From Bacteroidia bacterium (lineage in GTDB: Bacteria; Bacteroidota; Bacteroidia; 2-12-FULL-35-15), in NCBI GenBank assembly GCA_044377775.1, contig JBILYL010000002.1, forward strand, positions 1-33,785: a stretch of 33,785 bases of DNA, in the 5' to 3' direction. Shown here one piece after another: positions 1-10,300 of the stretch; the first letter of the stretch is position 1; each line of letters begins with the position of its first letter. A program made the translations under genes and the position numbers. Under the pieces are notes generated by a model. That model was not told where the DNA came from. It did not search any database and saw only the letters and a program-made list of their open reading frames with translations.

Positions 1-807
<807 letters not shown>

Positions 808-894
808 TTAGATTTATTTGTTACTTTTTAAAATATTTAACGATAATGCTGTTTTCAATCATTATGCCAATGGAAATAAGGGGAAATTATGACA

Positions 895-925
895 TAAAAA
901 AAGTGCCTTTTTGTGAAAAGGCACT
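895..925 (-). terminator. Rho-independent terminator downstream of the 949..2016 lipoprotein gene
   Basis: Perfect 10-bp stem, AGTGCCTTTT (902-911) with AAAAGGCACT (916-925), and a 4-nt loop TGTG. The A-run at 896-902 on the plus strand gives a U-tract after the hairpin on the minus strand. Confidence 0.8.
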
Positions 926-948
926 TATATTTATGACAAAGAGGCAGT

Positions 949-2016
949 TTAGAAACAAGGATGTGTGCCTATGGAATTTACAAACTTAAGGTTTTTGGTG
1001 TATTGTCCGCAAGCCAATGAATCCCAAGAAGTCGGATCTAAGGGACGAGAAACAGGTGCTCTGTTCAGACGGGAAGAAAATAAACCCAAACCATTGGTGA
1101 TGTTAGTATATTCTGGACGTTCCTGAATGATACCAGTAGAGGGCTTATTCACATCGATATATGTGCTTAACTGATCCGATCCGGCAACTAAAAGTAGCTC
1201 CACCTTACCCGCTTTACGTTGAACTAATCCACTATAATCTGCAAGTGAATTACCAATATAACGGTAAAAATCTTTTCCTTTTAATGTTACTGTAAACGTT
1301 TGAGATCCATCCAGATTTTCTGTCCTTAACTCGGGAACGGTATAATCTATTGATTTATTGAGTGTATCACCTGTGGATAAGGAATCTGTATAATTTAACC
1401 GCAACGTGATCTGGTACAACCTTGCATTTTTAGCACTGTTCCATTTTATAACAAAAGGATAGTTTGGATAATTTCCAATAATTACAAACGAAAAAGTTGT
1501 TCCCGATGCTGTTGGCGTATCAAAACCGGTGATATCAGTAATTAATGTAGTTTTTGAAGTAACCACTGTGCCTGTTTCACTGTTTCTTACAGTTAATTCG
1601 TATTCGCTGTCCGGCTTTAATGCATTTGCTGCTGAAGCAGATGGAGTCGGAAACGAATAAATGGCGTTTGTTTGATCTCCGGAATAAAAGATTCCAGTAT
1701 CCTTTGGCTTATTGGTTGGAGTGAGGTAAATTGTGGGACCTAATTGTGTACCATTTTTCAAACGTCTGATTTCAACGGAAAGAGCATTTACATATTGAGT
1801 AGAATCCTTTATCTGAGCATATCCAAATGCATTTCCCTCACCTAAAAAAGCCTTATTCACCTTCACATATTGTGTATCCTGAGCCTGATCCAACAAACCG
1901 TAAACAACCATTGTTTCTTTATAATCTCCTATTACATCTAAATCTGTGCTGCAACCAGAGAATAACAATGTTCCGGCTATTAATAAGCAAAATATATTCC
2001 TTTTCAAACGATTCAT
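949..2016 (-). CDS. Hypothetical lipoprotein, possibly DUF4249-like
   Basis: 365-aa ORF. The likely start is the internal ATG giving MNRLKRNIFCLLIAGTLLFSGC, a signal peptide with an LFSGC lipobox. The family assignment is from memory of Bacteroidota DUF4249 lipoproteins and is weak. Confidence 0.7.
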   Translation of the reverse strand: MNRLKRNIFCLLIAGTLLFSGCSTDLDVIGDYKETMVVYGLLDQAQDTQYVKVNKAFLGEGNAFGYAQIKDSTQYVNALSVEIRRLKNGTQLGPTIYLTPTNKPKDTGIFYSGDQTNAIYSFPTPSASAANALKPDSEYELTVRNSETGTVVTSKTTLITDITGFDTPTASGTTFSFVIIGNYPNYPFVIKWNSAKNARLYQITLRLNYTDSLSTGDTLNKSIDYTVPELRTENLDGSQTFTVTLKGKDFYRYIGNSLADYSGLVQRKAGKVELLLVAGSDQLSTYIDVNKPSTGIIQERPEYTNITNGLGLFSSRLNRAPVSRPLDPTSWDSLACGQYTKNLKFVNSIGTHPCF

Positions 2017-2140
2017 TTTTATAATGTTGAGAAACAAAAGTATCAATTAATTCGGTTAAAAACCAACAATTTTTCAGACGGTAGTATTTCATCAATAAAC
2101 GGCTAAAAAACGGAAAAAACGGAATCCCGAAAACAATTTG

Positions 2141-2148
2141 TAATTTTG
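2141..2148 (+). promoter_or_regulatory. Candidate Bacteroidota sigma-A -7 box (TAnnTTTG) for panB
   Basis: TAATTTTG lies 35 bp upstream of the panB ATG at 2183. Confidence 0.4.
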
Positions 2149-2182
2149 GAACCTCATTGAAGAAAAATTCAATTTTAAGACT

Positions 2183-2998
2183 ATGTCGATACATAAAGAA
2201 GTGAAAAAGGTAACCACGCATGTTTTGCAGGAAATGAAAAGCAGTGGTGAAAAAATATCAATGCTTACGGCATATGATTACACGATGGCTAAAATAGTTG
2301 ACCATGCAGGAATTGATGTGATCCTAGTGGGTGATTCTGCTTCCAATGTAATGGCCGGACATGAAACTACGTTGCCGATCACATTAGATCAGATGATCTA
2401 CCATGCATCCTCTGTTGTCCGAGCTGTTGACCGTGCTTTAATTGTAGTAGATCTTCCCTTTGGTTCCTACCAAGGAAATTCTAAAGAAGCGTTGAATACA
2501 GCCATCCGGATCATGAAAGAAAGTGGGGCACACGCTGTAAAATTAGAAGGAGGATCGGAAGTAACAGAATCGATACAACGTATATTAACTGCCGGAATTC
2601 CGGTAATGGGACATTTAGGACTTACACCTCAAAGCATCTATAAATTCGGAACATATAACGTAAGAGCAAAAGAAGAACTGGAAGCAAAAAAATTAGTTGA
2701 AGATGCGCATGCACTTGAAAAAGCAGGATGTTTTGCTCTTGTACTTGAAAAGATCCCAGCGAAACTTGCTGAGAAAGTTGCCAAAGAAATTACCATTCCT
2801 GTGATCGGCATCGGAGCCGGTGGAGGCGTTGACGGACAAGTTCTTGTTTTTCATGACATGGTTGGATTGAACAACGAATTTAATCCTCGTTTTTTAAGAC
2901 GCTATTTAAATCTTTATGATGATATAAAAGGTGCTGTAGGTAATTATATCAAAGATGTAAAGTCAAAAGATTTTCCAAACAGTAACGAACAGTACTAA
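2183..2998 (+). CDS. panB: 3-methyl-2-oxobutanoate hydroxymethyltransferase (ketopantoate hydroxymethyltransferase)
   Basis: 271 aa. Contains [31 protein letters not shown] and AVKLEGG, which are typical PanB motifs and length. Confidence 0.95.
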   Translation: MSIHKEVKKVTTHVLQEMKSSGEKISMLTAYDYTMAKIVDHAGIDVILVGDSASNVMAGHETTLPITLDQMIYHASSVVRAVDRALIVVDLPFGSYQGNSKEALNTAIRIMKESGAHAVKLEGGSEVTESIQRILTAGIPVMGHLGLTPQSIYKFGTYNVRAKEELEAKKLVEDAHALEKAGCFALVLEKIPAKLAEKVAKEITIPVIGIGAGGGVDGQVLVFHDMVGLNNEFNPRFLRRYLNLYDDIKGAVGNYIKDVKSKDFPNSNEQY

Positions 2999-3010
2999 CT
3001 AAGACGCCAA

Positions 3011-3045
3011 CGAATTAAGAATTTTTTACGAAAAATACGAAATAC
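3011..3045. repeat. ACGAA/CGAAT-rich short-repeat block, upstream flank of the GxxExxY gene
   Basis: CGAATTAAGAATTTTTTACGAAAAATACGAAATAC, with a further CGAATTACAAATTA at 3061-3074. The same modules occur in inverted orientation at 3556-3595. Confidence 0.5.
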
Positions 3046-3128
3046 AAATTGTTGGAGCAGCGAATTACAAATTATATACAAAATAGAAATACTAAAAGTC
3101 TACTCCGTTAAATTTAAAAATTTAATTT

Positions 3129-3536
3129 ATGACAATTAGTACGCTTAAAAGAACTGACTTGGTTTACCCTGAACTAAGTTTTATTATTGTGGGATGCGCC
3201 TATGAGGTATTTAATGAATTGGGGCCAGGACATACAGAAAAGATTTATCAAAGAGCCTTGGCTACAGTTTTTGAAGAAAAGAAAATCACATTTAAAGAAC
3301 AGGAATATTATCCTTTGAAATTTAAGAATAAAGTAATTGGTAGAGGTTTTTTAGATTTTTCAGTCGACAATAAAATAATTGTAGAGTTAAAAAAAGACCA
3401 AACATTTACTAAAACGCACATTGATCAAGTAGTGAATTATTTAAAGTTGAGTAATTATAAGCTCGCAATACTAATAAACTTTACTCCACAAGGTGTGAAA
3501 TTTAAAAGATTAGTCAATATGAATCAAGAAGGTTAA
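3129..3536 (+). CDS. GxxExxY family protein (PD-(D/E)XK nuclease-fold superfamily)
   Basis: 135 aa. The N-terminal GCAYEVFNELGPGHTEKIYQRAL contains the eponymous G-x-x-E-x-x-Y. The central DFSVDNKIIVELK resembles a D...E-x-K nuclease-fold core. Confidence 0.85.
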   Translation: MTISTLKRTDLVYPELSFIIVGCAYEVFNELGPGHTEKIYQRALATVFEEKKITFKEQEYYPLKFKNKVIGRGFLDFSVDNKIIVELKKDQTFTKTHIDQVVNYLKLSNYKLAILINFTPQGVKFKRLVNMNQEG

Positions 3537-3555
3537 TATGATAAAGAGAAGCAAG

Positions 3556-3595
3556 ATTCGTAAATTCTTATTATTCGTAATTTTTTCGTAATTCG
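3556..3595. repeat. TTCGT-rich short-repeat block, downstream flank of the GxxExxY gene, inverted relative to 3011-3045
   Basis: ATTCGTAAATTCTTATTATTCGTAATTTTTTCGTAATTCG. Its reverse complement contains CGAATTA, ACGAAAAAATTACGAA and AAGAATTTACGAA, all of which have counterparts in the upstream block. It abuts the ATG of the next gene at 3596. Confidence 0.5.
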
Positions 3596-4285
3596 ATGGA
3601 GTATAAGTTAGAAGTACTATTTGAAGACAATCATATAATTGCTGTAAACAAGCATCCATCGGATATTGTGCAAGGCGACAAAACAGGTGACACACCGCTG
3701 AGCGACTTCGTAAAACAATACATCAAAGAAAAATATAATAAACCTGGAGATGTTTTTGTTGGAACAGTTCACCGCATTGACCGCCCCGTTAGCGGGATCG
3801 TTTTATTCGCAAAAACCAGTAAGGCATTAACCCGGCTAAACCAGATGTTTCAGACGAAGGAGATTCAAAAAACGTATTGGGCAGTCGTTAAGAACAAACC
3901 CAAAAACATCATTGGTACACTTGTTCATTATTTAAGAAAAAATGAACAAAAAAACATGTCAAAGGCATTTGAGAAGGAAACACCTGGTGCATTACGTTCA
4001 GAGCTAGAATACGAATTAATTTGCAGTTCCGACAATTATCAGTTACTTGAAGTAAAGCCACATACCGGCCGACACCACCAGATCAGGGTTCAACTATCAA
4101 GCATGGGTTGCCCTATTAAAGGTGATCTTAAATATGGTTTCGACAGAAGCAACAAAGACAAATCTATTCATCTACATGCCAGAAAAGTAGAATTTATTCA
4201 TCCGGTAAAAAAAGAAACTATCGTTATTATTGCTCCTCCTCCGAATGAAGTATTGTGGAATGAATTCATGAAACGTGTCGGATAA
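3596..4285 (+). CDS. RluA-family pseudouridine synthase
   Basis: 229 aa. Contains HRIDRPVSGIVLFAKT (the catalytic-Asp motif of the RluA/RsuA superfamily) and HTGRHHQIRVQL. Confidence 0.9.
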   Translation: MEYKLEVLFEDNHIIAVNKHPSDIVQGDKTGDTPLSDFVKQYIKEKYNKPGDVFVGTVHRIDRPVSGIVLFAKTSKALTRLNQMFQTKEIQKTYWAVVKNKPKNIIGTLVHYLRKNEQKNMSKAFEKETPGALRSELEYELICSSDNYQLLEVKPHTGRHHQIRVQLSSMGCPIKGDLKYGFDRSNKDKSIHLHARKVEFIHPVKKETIVIIAPPPNEVLWNEFMKRVG

Positions 4286-4359
4286 TTTTAAAATCAGATC
4301 ACAGAAATACGCCACCAATAAAACGGCAACAACTGCGTTAATAAAATAAAAACTCAATC

Positions 4360-4962
4360 GTGAAAAAACACTACCTCACTGTTTTATTAATACTACTAAC
4401 CATAATACTAAAGGCACAAAATCCACCCATGCTGCTGTCTTTTGAATTGAACAGATTTCAAAATGAACTGCTTGTTACATGGGAAATTGAATCCGGAAAT
4501 TTGTGTACAGGATTAAAAGTAGAACATTCCAGCGATTCAATAAACTTTACAAGCATCTATGAATACCCGGGCATCTGTGGCAGTTCAACAGCAAACGAGC
4601 GCTATTCATTCTCACATACAAATCCTATTGCTAATGCAAGAAATTATTACCGTATCAACTTAAACACAAATGGCGTATCAGATATTTTAGGAATCACATT
4701 CATCAAACTGGAAGAAAGTGGTTATGCACTGTTTCCAATGCCTATAGAATCGGGTAGTAAACTCTATTTCAGCAACGACAATAATGGAACGGCTGACTTT
4801 TCAATATACAATTCATCCGGTGCTTTGGTATTGAAACTAGAAGGATTAAAAACGAATGAAATATCTTTAGATGAAATAAACCTACCCGTGGGAGTTTATC
4901 ATTTCAAGATCATGGTAGCAGACAGAAAAATTGAAGGGAAATTTATAGTCGCAAAAAAATAA
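4360..4962 (+). CDS. Secreted protein with a T9SS (Por) type-A C-terminal sorting domain
   Basis: 200 aa with a GTG start. The signal peptide is MKKHYLTVLLILLTIILKAQ. The C-terminal ~75 aa (LFPMPIESGSKLYF...FSIYNSSGALV...LPVGVYHFKI...GKFIV) match the T9SS CTD pattern. Confidence 0.75.
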   Translation: MKKHYLTVLLILLTIILKAQNPPMLLSFELNRFQNELLVTWEIESGNLCTGLKVEHSSDSINFTSIYEYPGICGSSTANERYSFSHTNPIANARNYYRINLNTNGVSDILGITFIKLEESGYALFPMPIESGSKLYFSNDNNGTADFSIYNSSGALVLKLEGLKTNEISLDEINLPVGVYHFKIMVADRKIEGKFIVAKK

Positions 4963-4965
4963 AAC

Positions 4966-5370
4966 CTACCAATCCTTTTTTCTGAGTTTTTTAATTTCAG
5001 AATCTCTCTTCTTACCGGTCAAACGTCTTTCTTTTGACCCTTTACTTGGCTTTGTGGGTCGTCTCTTTTTTTGAACAACAAAGCATTTATGAATCATCTC
5101 ATAAAACTTCCTGATCACAATTTCTTTATTGCCCAATTGATTCCGTTCGGTTTGAGAAATCACCTGAAGGATACCTTCTTTGGAAATCTTATTATAAAGC
5201 TTCGCAAGGATGATCTCCTTTTGCTCAGGGGTTAGCAGCGCAGAATTTACAACATCAAAATCCAATTCCACTTTCGTGGAAACTTTATTAACGTTTTGTC
5301 CGCCTGCCCCTCCACTCCTGCTGGTTTTAAAACTAAATTCCGAATCGAACTGAATTCCTTTGATGTTCAT
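4966..5370 (-). CDS. arfB: Alternative ribosome-rescue factor ArfB (peptidyl-tRNA hydrolase, ICT1/YaeJ family)
   Basis: 134 aa. Contains SRSGGAGGQNVNKVSTKVEL (GGQ motif) and a basic C-terminal tail, KKRRPTKPSKGSKERRLTGKKRDSEIKKLRKK. Confidence 0.9.
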   Translation of the reverse strand: MNIKGIQFDSEFSFKTSRSGGAGGQNVNKVSTKVELDFDVVNSALLTPEQKEIILAKLYNKISKEGILQVISQTERNQLGNKEIVIRKFYEMIHKCFVVQKKRRPTKPSKGSKERRLTGKKRDSEIKKLRKKDW

Positions 5371-5426
5371 AAAACAAAATTAACATAAATTATCCAATGC
5401 CTTAATTGATTATTTTTGTAACAGAA

Positions 5427-6719
5427 ATGAAAAGCACCATTTATATATTCCTATTTCTTTTCCTGAGCACAAACATCACTGCTCAGAAGGATGTGCAATC
5501 CAAAATCAAATACGCCACCGAAAAAGCGCAAACATATTTAGACAGAGAAAAAGCACTTTCGGGTTATTATTCTATTGACAAAGAAGGAATAAAAATATAT
5601 AGTTCTCCTCAAAATAAATCCGTTAACAAACCTGAATATACTGTCAGTTGGCTCTTGTCTGATTATCTGAATGACAAAATAAAGAACCGCACAAATCAAC
5701 AGTTGTTTGACATTTATTTCAAAACCGGAACATTTAAATTTCCTGAGGGAGAATATCCCGATGGAGTTTATATTAAAAAAAATCCGAATGCTAAAAAGCT
5801 GGAAGGAATAAGAATCGCAATTGACCCAGGACATATTGCAAACGATTTCACAATGGGTGATCTCGAAAAGAAGCACATCATCATCAAAGGCGATAGTATA
5901 AACGGAATAAAAGACTCTATCGAAATTGCTGAAGGAATATTAACATTCGCAACTGCACAATTACTGAAAAAGAAATTAGAAAAAGAAGGAGCTGTTGTAT
6001 TTTTAACCCGCACTGCCGATCATTGTGCATTTGGGAAAACATTTACCCAATGGAAAAAATCGGATTTAAAAAATGCAGTAGATAGTCTCTATAAGATCGG
6101 AGAGCTTAAATCATCACAAAAACAATATTTTTTAAGTCCGAAAGCAAAAGACAGGGATATCTTCAGGGTTATTTTCCGAGATTTAGAATTGGCCAAACGT
6201 GTAGAATTGATTAATCAATTTAAACCGGATTACACCGTTGTGATCCATTTTAACGTAGATGAAACAAATTCAGATTGGAACAAAACAACTGCAAAAAATT
6301 ACAACATGTGTTTTGTTGCTGGCGCTTTTATGAAAAACGATCTGTCTAATAAGGAAAAGCGTTTTGAATTTTTACGCTTACTCATTACTGATGATTTAGA
6401 AAAATCTATTGCCTTAAGTTCCTCCGTTACAAAACAATTTGAAACTGAATTAAAAGTTCAAACAGCAACTATCCTTGATGCAAAATACTTAATAGAAGGC
6501 TGCTTACCAACAAATGCTGATGGCGTATTTTGCAGAAATCTGCAACTTCCACGTTACATCCATTCTCCCGTTGTTTATGGAGAAACACTCTATCAGGATA
6601 ATATCAATGAATGCAAATTATTATGTGAAGAAACCGATAAGACAAAAAACAAACGCATACAGCAAGTTGCAGAAGCATACTTCAAAGGCATCATTAATTT
6701 TTTAACTAGCAACAAATAA
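5427..6719 (+). CDS. Secreted protein, N-acetylmuramoyl-L-alanine amidase (Amidase_3)-like
   Basis: The ORF track starts at a TTG at 5406. The ATG at 5427 gives the signal peptide MKSTIYIFLFLFLSTNITAQ. IAIDPGH, FLTRT and VVIHFNVDE resemble Amidase_3 zinc-ligand regions. The functional call is tentative. Confidence 0.6.
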   Translation: MKSTIYIFLFLFLSTNITAQKDVQSKIKYATEKAQTYLDREKALSGYYSIDKEGIKIYSSPQNKSVNKPEYTVSWLLSDYLNDKIKNRTNQQLFDIYFKTGTFKFPEGEYPDGVYIKKNPNAKKLEGIRIAIDPGHIANDFTMGDLEKKHIIIKGDSINGIKDSIEIAEGILTFATAQLLKKKLEKEGAVVFLTRTADHCAFGKTFTQWKKSDLKNAVDSLYKIGELKSSQKQYFLSPKAKDRDIFRVIFRDLELAKRVELINQFKPDYTVVIHFNVDETNSDWNKTTAKNYNMCFVAGAFMKNDLSNKEKRFEFLRLLITDDLEKSIALSSSVTKQFETELKVQTATILDAKYLIEGCLPTNADGVFCRNLQLPRYIHSPVVYGETLYQDNINECKLLCEETDKTKNKRIQQVAEAYFKGIINFLTSNK

Positions 6720-6871
6720 TCTCAGCAAGGTCATTGCGAGAATACCAAAGCAATTGGACAAAATGATTTAACAGCTCGATTAAGTCAGCTTAAAATTAAA
6801 CTAAATTAATGTTGGGTGGTGGATTTAAAATAAAGGAAACACAAAGTATTAAGACTGCTTCATTGTTTTAA

Positions 6872-9406
6872 TTACATTGGATCAACATCGATCTGGATCC
6901 TTACCGATTTATAATCAGCGGAGGACTTAAATTTCACAAGAAGTTCAGAGAGTATTTTTTTTACTTGTCCGACAGAAGCATCTCGCTCTATCTTCAATAA
7001 AATATTTTTATGATACAAATTGCGTACTCGGGAAACCAATGGAAATTCAGGACCTAAAACCCGTTTGGCAAAATGTTTTTTTAAAGCATCCGCAAGATAT
7101 TTGGAAGAAGCATTGACCATATCCACATCTTTGTGAATAACAGTTACCTCGATCAACCGGAAATAAGGTGGATAATTAAAGTTTTTTCTGTCCATCAACT
7201 GATTGGTATACATCGATGCAAAATCATTCGCGATCACCTCCTGAATAATACTGTGATCAGGATTTTGTGTCTGAATAATTACTTTACCGCGTTTACTTTT
7301 TCTACCGGCTCTTCCGGAAACCTGAGCCATCAATTGAAAACTACGTTCAAAGGATCTGAAGTCGGGAAAATTAAGCATACTGTCGGCATTTAATATCCCA
7401 ACCATACTTACATTATCAAAATCAAGTCCCTTAGTAACCATTTGTGTTCCTACTAAAATATCAATATTTCCTTCTTCAAAATCCTGAATGATATGTTGAT
7501 GAGCAAATTTACTTCGCGTTGTATCGAGATCCATCCGGGAGATCCTAGCCTTAGGATAGAAAATAGATAATTCTTCTTCGATTTTTTCGGTACCGAAACC
7601 CTTCATCTTCAAATCTGTATCACCACATGCAGCACATTTTGTTGGCGGTTTAATTGAATAGCCGCAATAATGACAACGCAACTGATTGCTCACTTTATGA
7701 TACGTTAAACTCACATCACAATTGGCACATTGCGGAATCCAGGCACACATATTACATTCGAGCTGCGGAGCAAAACCTCTTCTGTTTTGAAACAAGATCA
7801 CCTGCTCTTTTTTATCAAGTGCTAAGGTTATTGTATCCAATAGCAAAGGAGAAAAATGCGACTTCATTTGTTTTTTCCGAGTCGCCTCTTTGACATCAGC
7901 AATCAAAATTTCCGGCATCTGAACACCACCAAATCGTTTTGTCAATTCAGCAAAACCGTATTTCCCATCATGAGCATTATAATAACTTTCGATACAAGGA
8001 GTTGCCGAACCTAATAGTGTTTTAGCTTTGTGAATATGAGCCAGATAAATGGCGGCATCTCTGGCATTATAGCGAGGAGAAGGATCGTATTGTTTATATG
8101 AAGTATCATGTTCTTCATCAACGATAACTAATCCTAAATTGCTGAAGGGTAAAAATAAAGCAGAACGGGCACCGATAACCAGTTTAAAATTCGGAAATTC
8201 AGTATCGTTTTTTTCCTTATCAAATGATCTACCCAGAACATTGTTCCACACCTCCACCCGTTCATTTTCATTGAATTTACTATGATAAACACCAACCATG
8301 TCACCAAAATATTTTCTCAACCGATTAATGATCTGAGTGGTCAGCGCAATTTCAGGAAGTAAATACAGAACCTGTTTCCCTTCTGCAATGGCCTGTTCGA
8401 TGAGCTTAACATAAATTTCAGTTTTACCGGAAGACGTTACACCGTGTAATAATACAACATCTTTAACCGGCTGACCGGAAATGTTTTCAGTTCTTCCGAA
8501 CTGAACATTTATTGAATCTAAAATCGTTTGCTGCTCTTCATTCAGATTTGAAATTTTATTTTCATTTTCAAAACTTGCCAGTCGTCCGACTTCACGTTCG
8601 TATAATTCAAAAACATTTTTTTTGATCAGGGATTTCAATGCAGCCTCCCCACCTTCAACAACTTTTAATATATCTAATTTTCTTACTTCAACACGTTCTT
8701 TGGAATAACGCTTCGATAAAGTGATGTAGGTCATTACAACATCCAATTGTTTGGGTGCTTTTTTTTCAAGCGCGACAAAAAATGTTTTTAAATTTTCTTC
8801 ATCATCCGCGTAGTCGGTAATGCGAACAAAACTTTCAATTTTGGGCTTAAACTTTTCTTTCAGTTCTTCCTGAATAAGAACGACTCCTTTTTCGATAAGT
8901 GATTTAATGATCGGATAAACAATTTTCTGTTCAATAATATCAGATACATCATTCAGTGTTAATACTTGCCGAATCTCCAATGCATCAAGGATCAAAAACT
9001 CTTTATCGTTAAGTTCCTTTTTTAAAACCTGCTCTTTGTATGCCTGATTCAAAACAACCTTCGTTTCACTGGACAAACGCAAACCGCCAGGCAGAGCAGC
9101 AACCATTACATCACCAATATTGCACATGTAATAACTGCACATCCATTCCCACAATTCAAATTGTTTTTGATTCACAATCGGATGATCATCAAGAATCGAA
9201 TCGATGTATTTTGCAACATATTGTTTGGGCGGGATTTCATGAATTCTCCTGACAAGTGCGGAATACAATTTCCCTTTTCCGAACTGAACCACAACACGTT
9301 TTCCAATAGCTATTGAATCTGTCCACTCAAAAGGCACACGATAAGTGTACAAATTGGGAACCGAAAGGGGTAAAATTACATCAACAAAGTAAGTGGTGCG
9401 ACTCAT
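6872..9406 (-). CDS. priA: Primosomal protein N' (replication restart helicase PriA)
   Basis: The likely start is MSRTTYFVDVILPL, 23 codons inside the ORF-track start. Contains Walker A GVTSSGKTE, DEEHD, and the Cys-rich zinc region CNMCAWIPQCANCDVSLTYHK...LRCHYCG...CAACG. Confidence 0.95.
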   Translation of the reverse strand: MSRTTYFVDVILPLSVPNLYTYRVPFEWTDSIAIGKRVVVQFGKGKLYSALVRRIHEIPPKQYVAKYIDSILDDHPIVNQKQFELWEWMCSYYMCNIGDVMVAALPGGLRLSSETKVVLNQAYKEQVLKKELNDKEFLILDALEIRQVLTLNDVSDIIEQKIVYPIIKSLIEKGVVLIQEELKEKFKPKIESFVRITDYADDEENLKTFFVALEKKAPKQLDVVMTYITLSKRYSKERVEVRKLDILKVVEGGEAALKSLIKKNVFELYEREVGRLASFENENKISNLNEEQQTILDSINVQFGRTENISGQPVKDVVLLHGVTSSGKTEIYVKLIEQAIAEGKQVLYLLPEIALTTQIINRLRKYFGDMVGVYHSKFNENERVEVWNNVLGRSFDKEKNDTEFPNFKLVIGARSALFLPFSNLGLVIVDEEHDTSYKQYDPSPRYNARDAAIYLAHIHKAKTLLGSATPCIESYYNAHDGKYGFAELTKRFGGVQMPEILIADVKEATRKKQMKSHFSPLLLDTITLALDKKEQVILFQNRRGFAPQLECNMCAWIPQCANCDVSLTYHKVSNQLRCHYCGYSIKPPTKCAACGDTDLKMKGFGTEKIEEELSIFYPKARISRMDLDTTRSKFAHQHIIQDFEEGNIDILVGTQMVTKGLDFDNVSMVGILNADSMLNFPDFRSFERSFQLMAQVSGRAGRKSKRGKVIIQTQNPDHSIIQEVIANDFASMYTNQLMDRKNFNYPPYFRLIEVTVIHKDVDMVNASSKYLADALKKHFAKRVLGPEFPLVSRVRNLYHKNILLKIERDASVGQVKKILSELLVKFKSSADYKSVRIQIDVDPM

Positions 9407-9528
9407 TGAACAAATATACGCACAAAGTTTCTCGACTTCGCTTGAAATGAAAAAAATGGTTGAGTGGAAAAGCACTTTGTGCTTCGCACATAGGAAAGGA
9501 TTGTCGCGAGAATTTGTAATAATAGAAT

Positions 9529-9567
9529 TAAAAAAAGATGGGATATACTAATTAAGAGTTACCCATC
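9529..9567 (-). terminator. Possible terminator after the DUF218 gene
   Basis: 6-bp stem, GATGGG (9537-9542) with CCCATC (9562-9567), and a long 19-nt loop. The plus-strand A-run at 9530-9536 gives a U-tract on the minus strand. The stem is weak and the loop is large. Confidence 0.35.
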
Positions 9568-10226
9568 TACTCCTTCTCATATTTAATATTCTTTCCCATA
9601 GTCCCTCTTCTTCTATAGCGCTTGGATTGCGTTTCAGTAATAGACTTGAAGTTTTCAACTTTAGCAATGCTTGCATCAATTTTAGGAAACACATCGTCTA
9701 TCTTTGCAAGTGTATCAATCACAAAGGGAATATGTGCGATCGGTAATTTGAAACGAATGCGGGAAAAACGCATGAGCAAATTAGATTGAAAAGGATCAGA
9801 AGCAACTGCAATTTTGGTAAAGCCCATTTTCTTAGCAAGATGGTAGGAATAATAAATATTTTCGGTGCTATGTTCCGCTTTGTCTTCAATAATAATATTT
9901 TCCTTTGGAGTACCTAACGCTTCAGCATAAAGAGCCATAACCTTCGCTTCAACATAAGGGGTGTAGACAGCAGCGCCAGAAAATATCACATTTTTTGTGA
10001 TTCCATTTTTAATTAGATAATCGGCCCAGATAACACGGCCCTTCATCGCTGTGGTCCAATCAGCTCCATCGTATGGACAACCGGGAACAATTACCACATC
10101 GTAAGGTTTAGTTTCAACTGCCCGATTAAATAATTTTATCGGTCGTGGCCGGAACAAAGCACAACTACTAAAAAACATCGAGGCTATAAAAAGAAAAAAT
10201 ACGGACTTTAATGTTTGATAATTCAT
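9567..10226 (-). CDS. YdcF/ElyC-family (DUF218) lipoprotein
   Basis: The internal ATG gives MNYQTLKSVFFLFIASMFFSSC, a signal peptide with a lipobox. VVIVPGCPYDG...VIFSGAAVY...EAKVM...ST.EN is typical of DUF218. Confidence 0.8.
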   Translation of the reverse strand: MNYQTLKSVFFLFIASMFFSSCALFRPRPIKLFNRAVETKPYDVVIVPGCPYDGADWTTAMKGRVIWADYLIKNGITKNVIFSGAAVYTPYVEAKVMALYAEALGTPKENIIIEDKAEHSTENIYYSYHLAKKMGFTKIAVASDPFQSNLLMRFSRIRFKLPIAHIPFVIDTLAKIDDVFPKIDASIAKVENFKSITETQSKRYRRRGTMGKNIKYEKE

Positions 10227-10300
10227 TCCTTTCTGGAGCTTATGTTTATAATTCAGTTGAGATAGAAACAACAAAAAGATAATTTTGTTTAGCTAATGTA

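Noticed and set aside
841-868. Inverted repeat ATAATG-N11-CATTAT upstream of dnaK, considered as a heat-shock operator (CIRCE-like).
   Set aside because: It does not resemble the CIRCE consensus TTAGCACTC-N9-GAGTGCTAA. Six-bp AT-rich arms are expected by chance in this composition.
1827-2221. ORF-track entries 1827..2024 (+) and 1919..2221 (-), which overlap the lipoprotein gene and the panB upstream region.
   Set aside because: They are low-complexity translations with no recognisable motifs. They are antisense to, or overlap, a much longer and better-supported CDS, and one runs through the divergent promoter region. They are typical shadow ORFs of AT-rich DNA.
6731-9513. Similar 13-mers TCATTGCGAGAAT (6731-6743) and TTGTCGCGAGAAT (9501-9513) on both sides of priA, considered as flanking repeats of an element.
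   Set aside because: Only 10 of 13 positions match. The two copies are direct, not inverted, and priA is a core gene with no mobility genes nearby. The match is most likely chance, or a common short intergenic motif.
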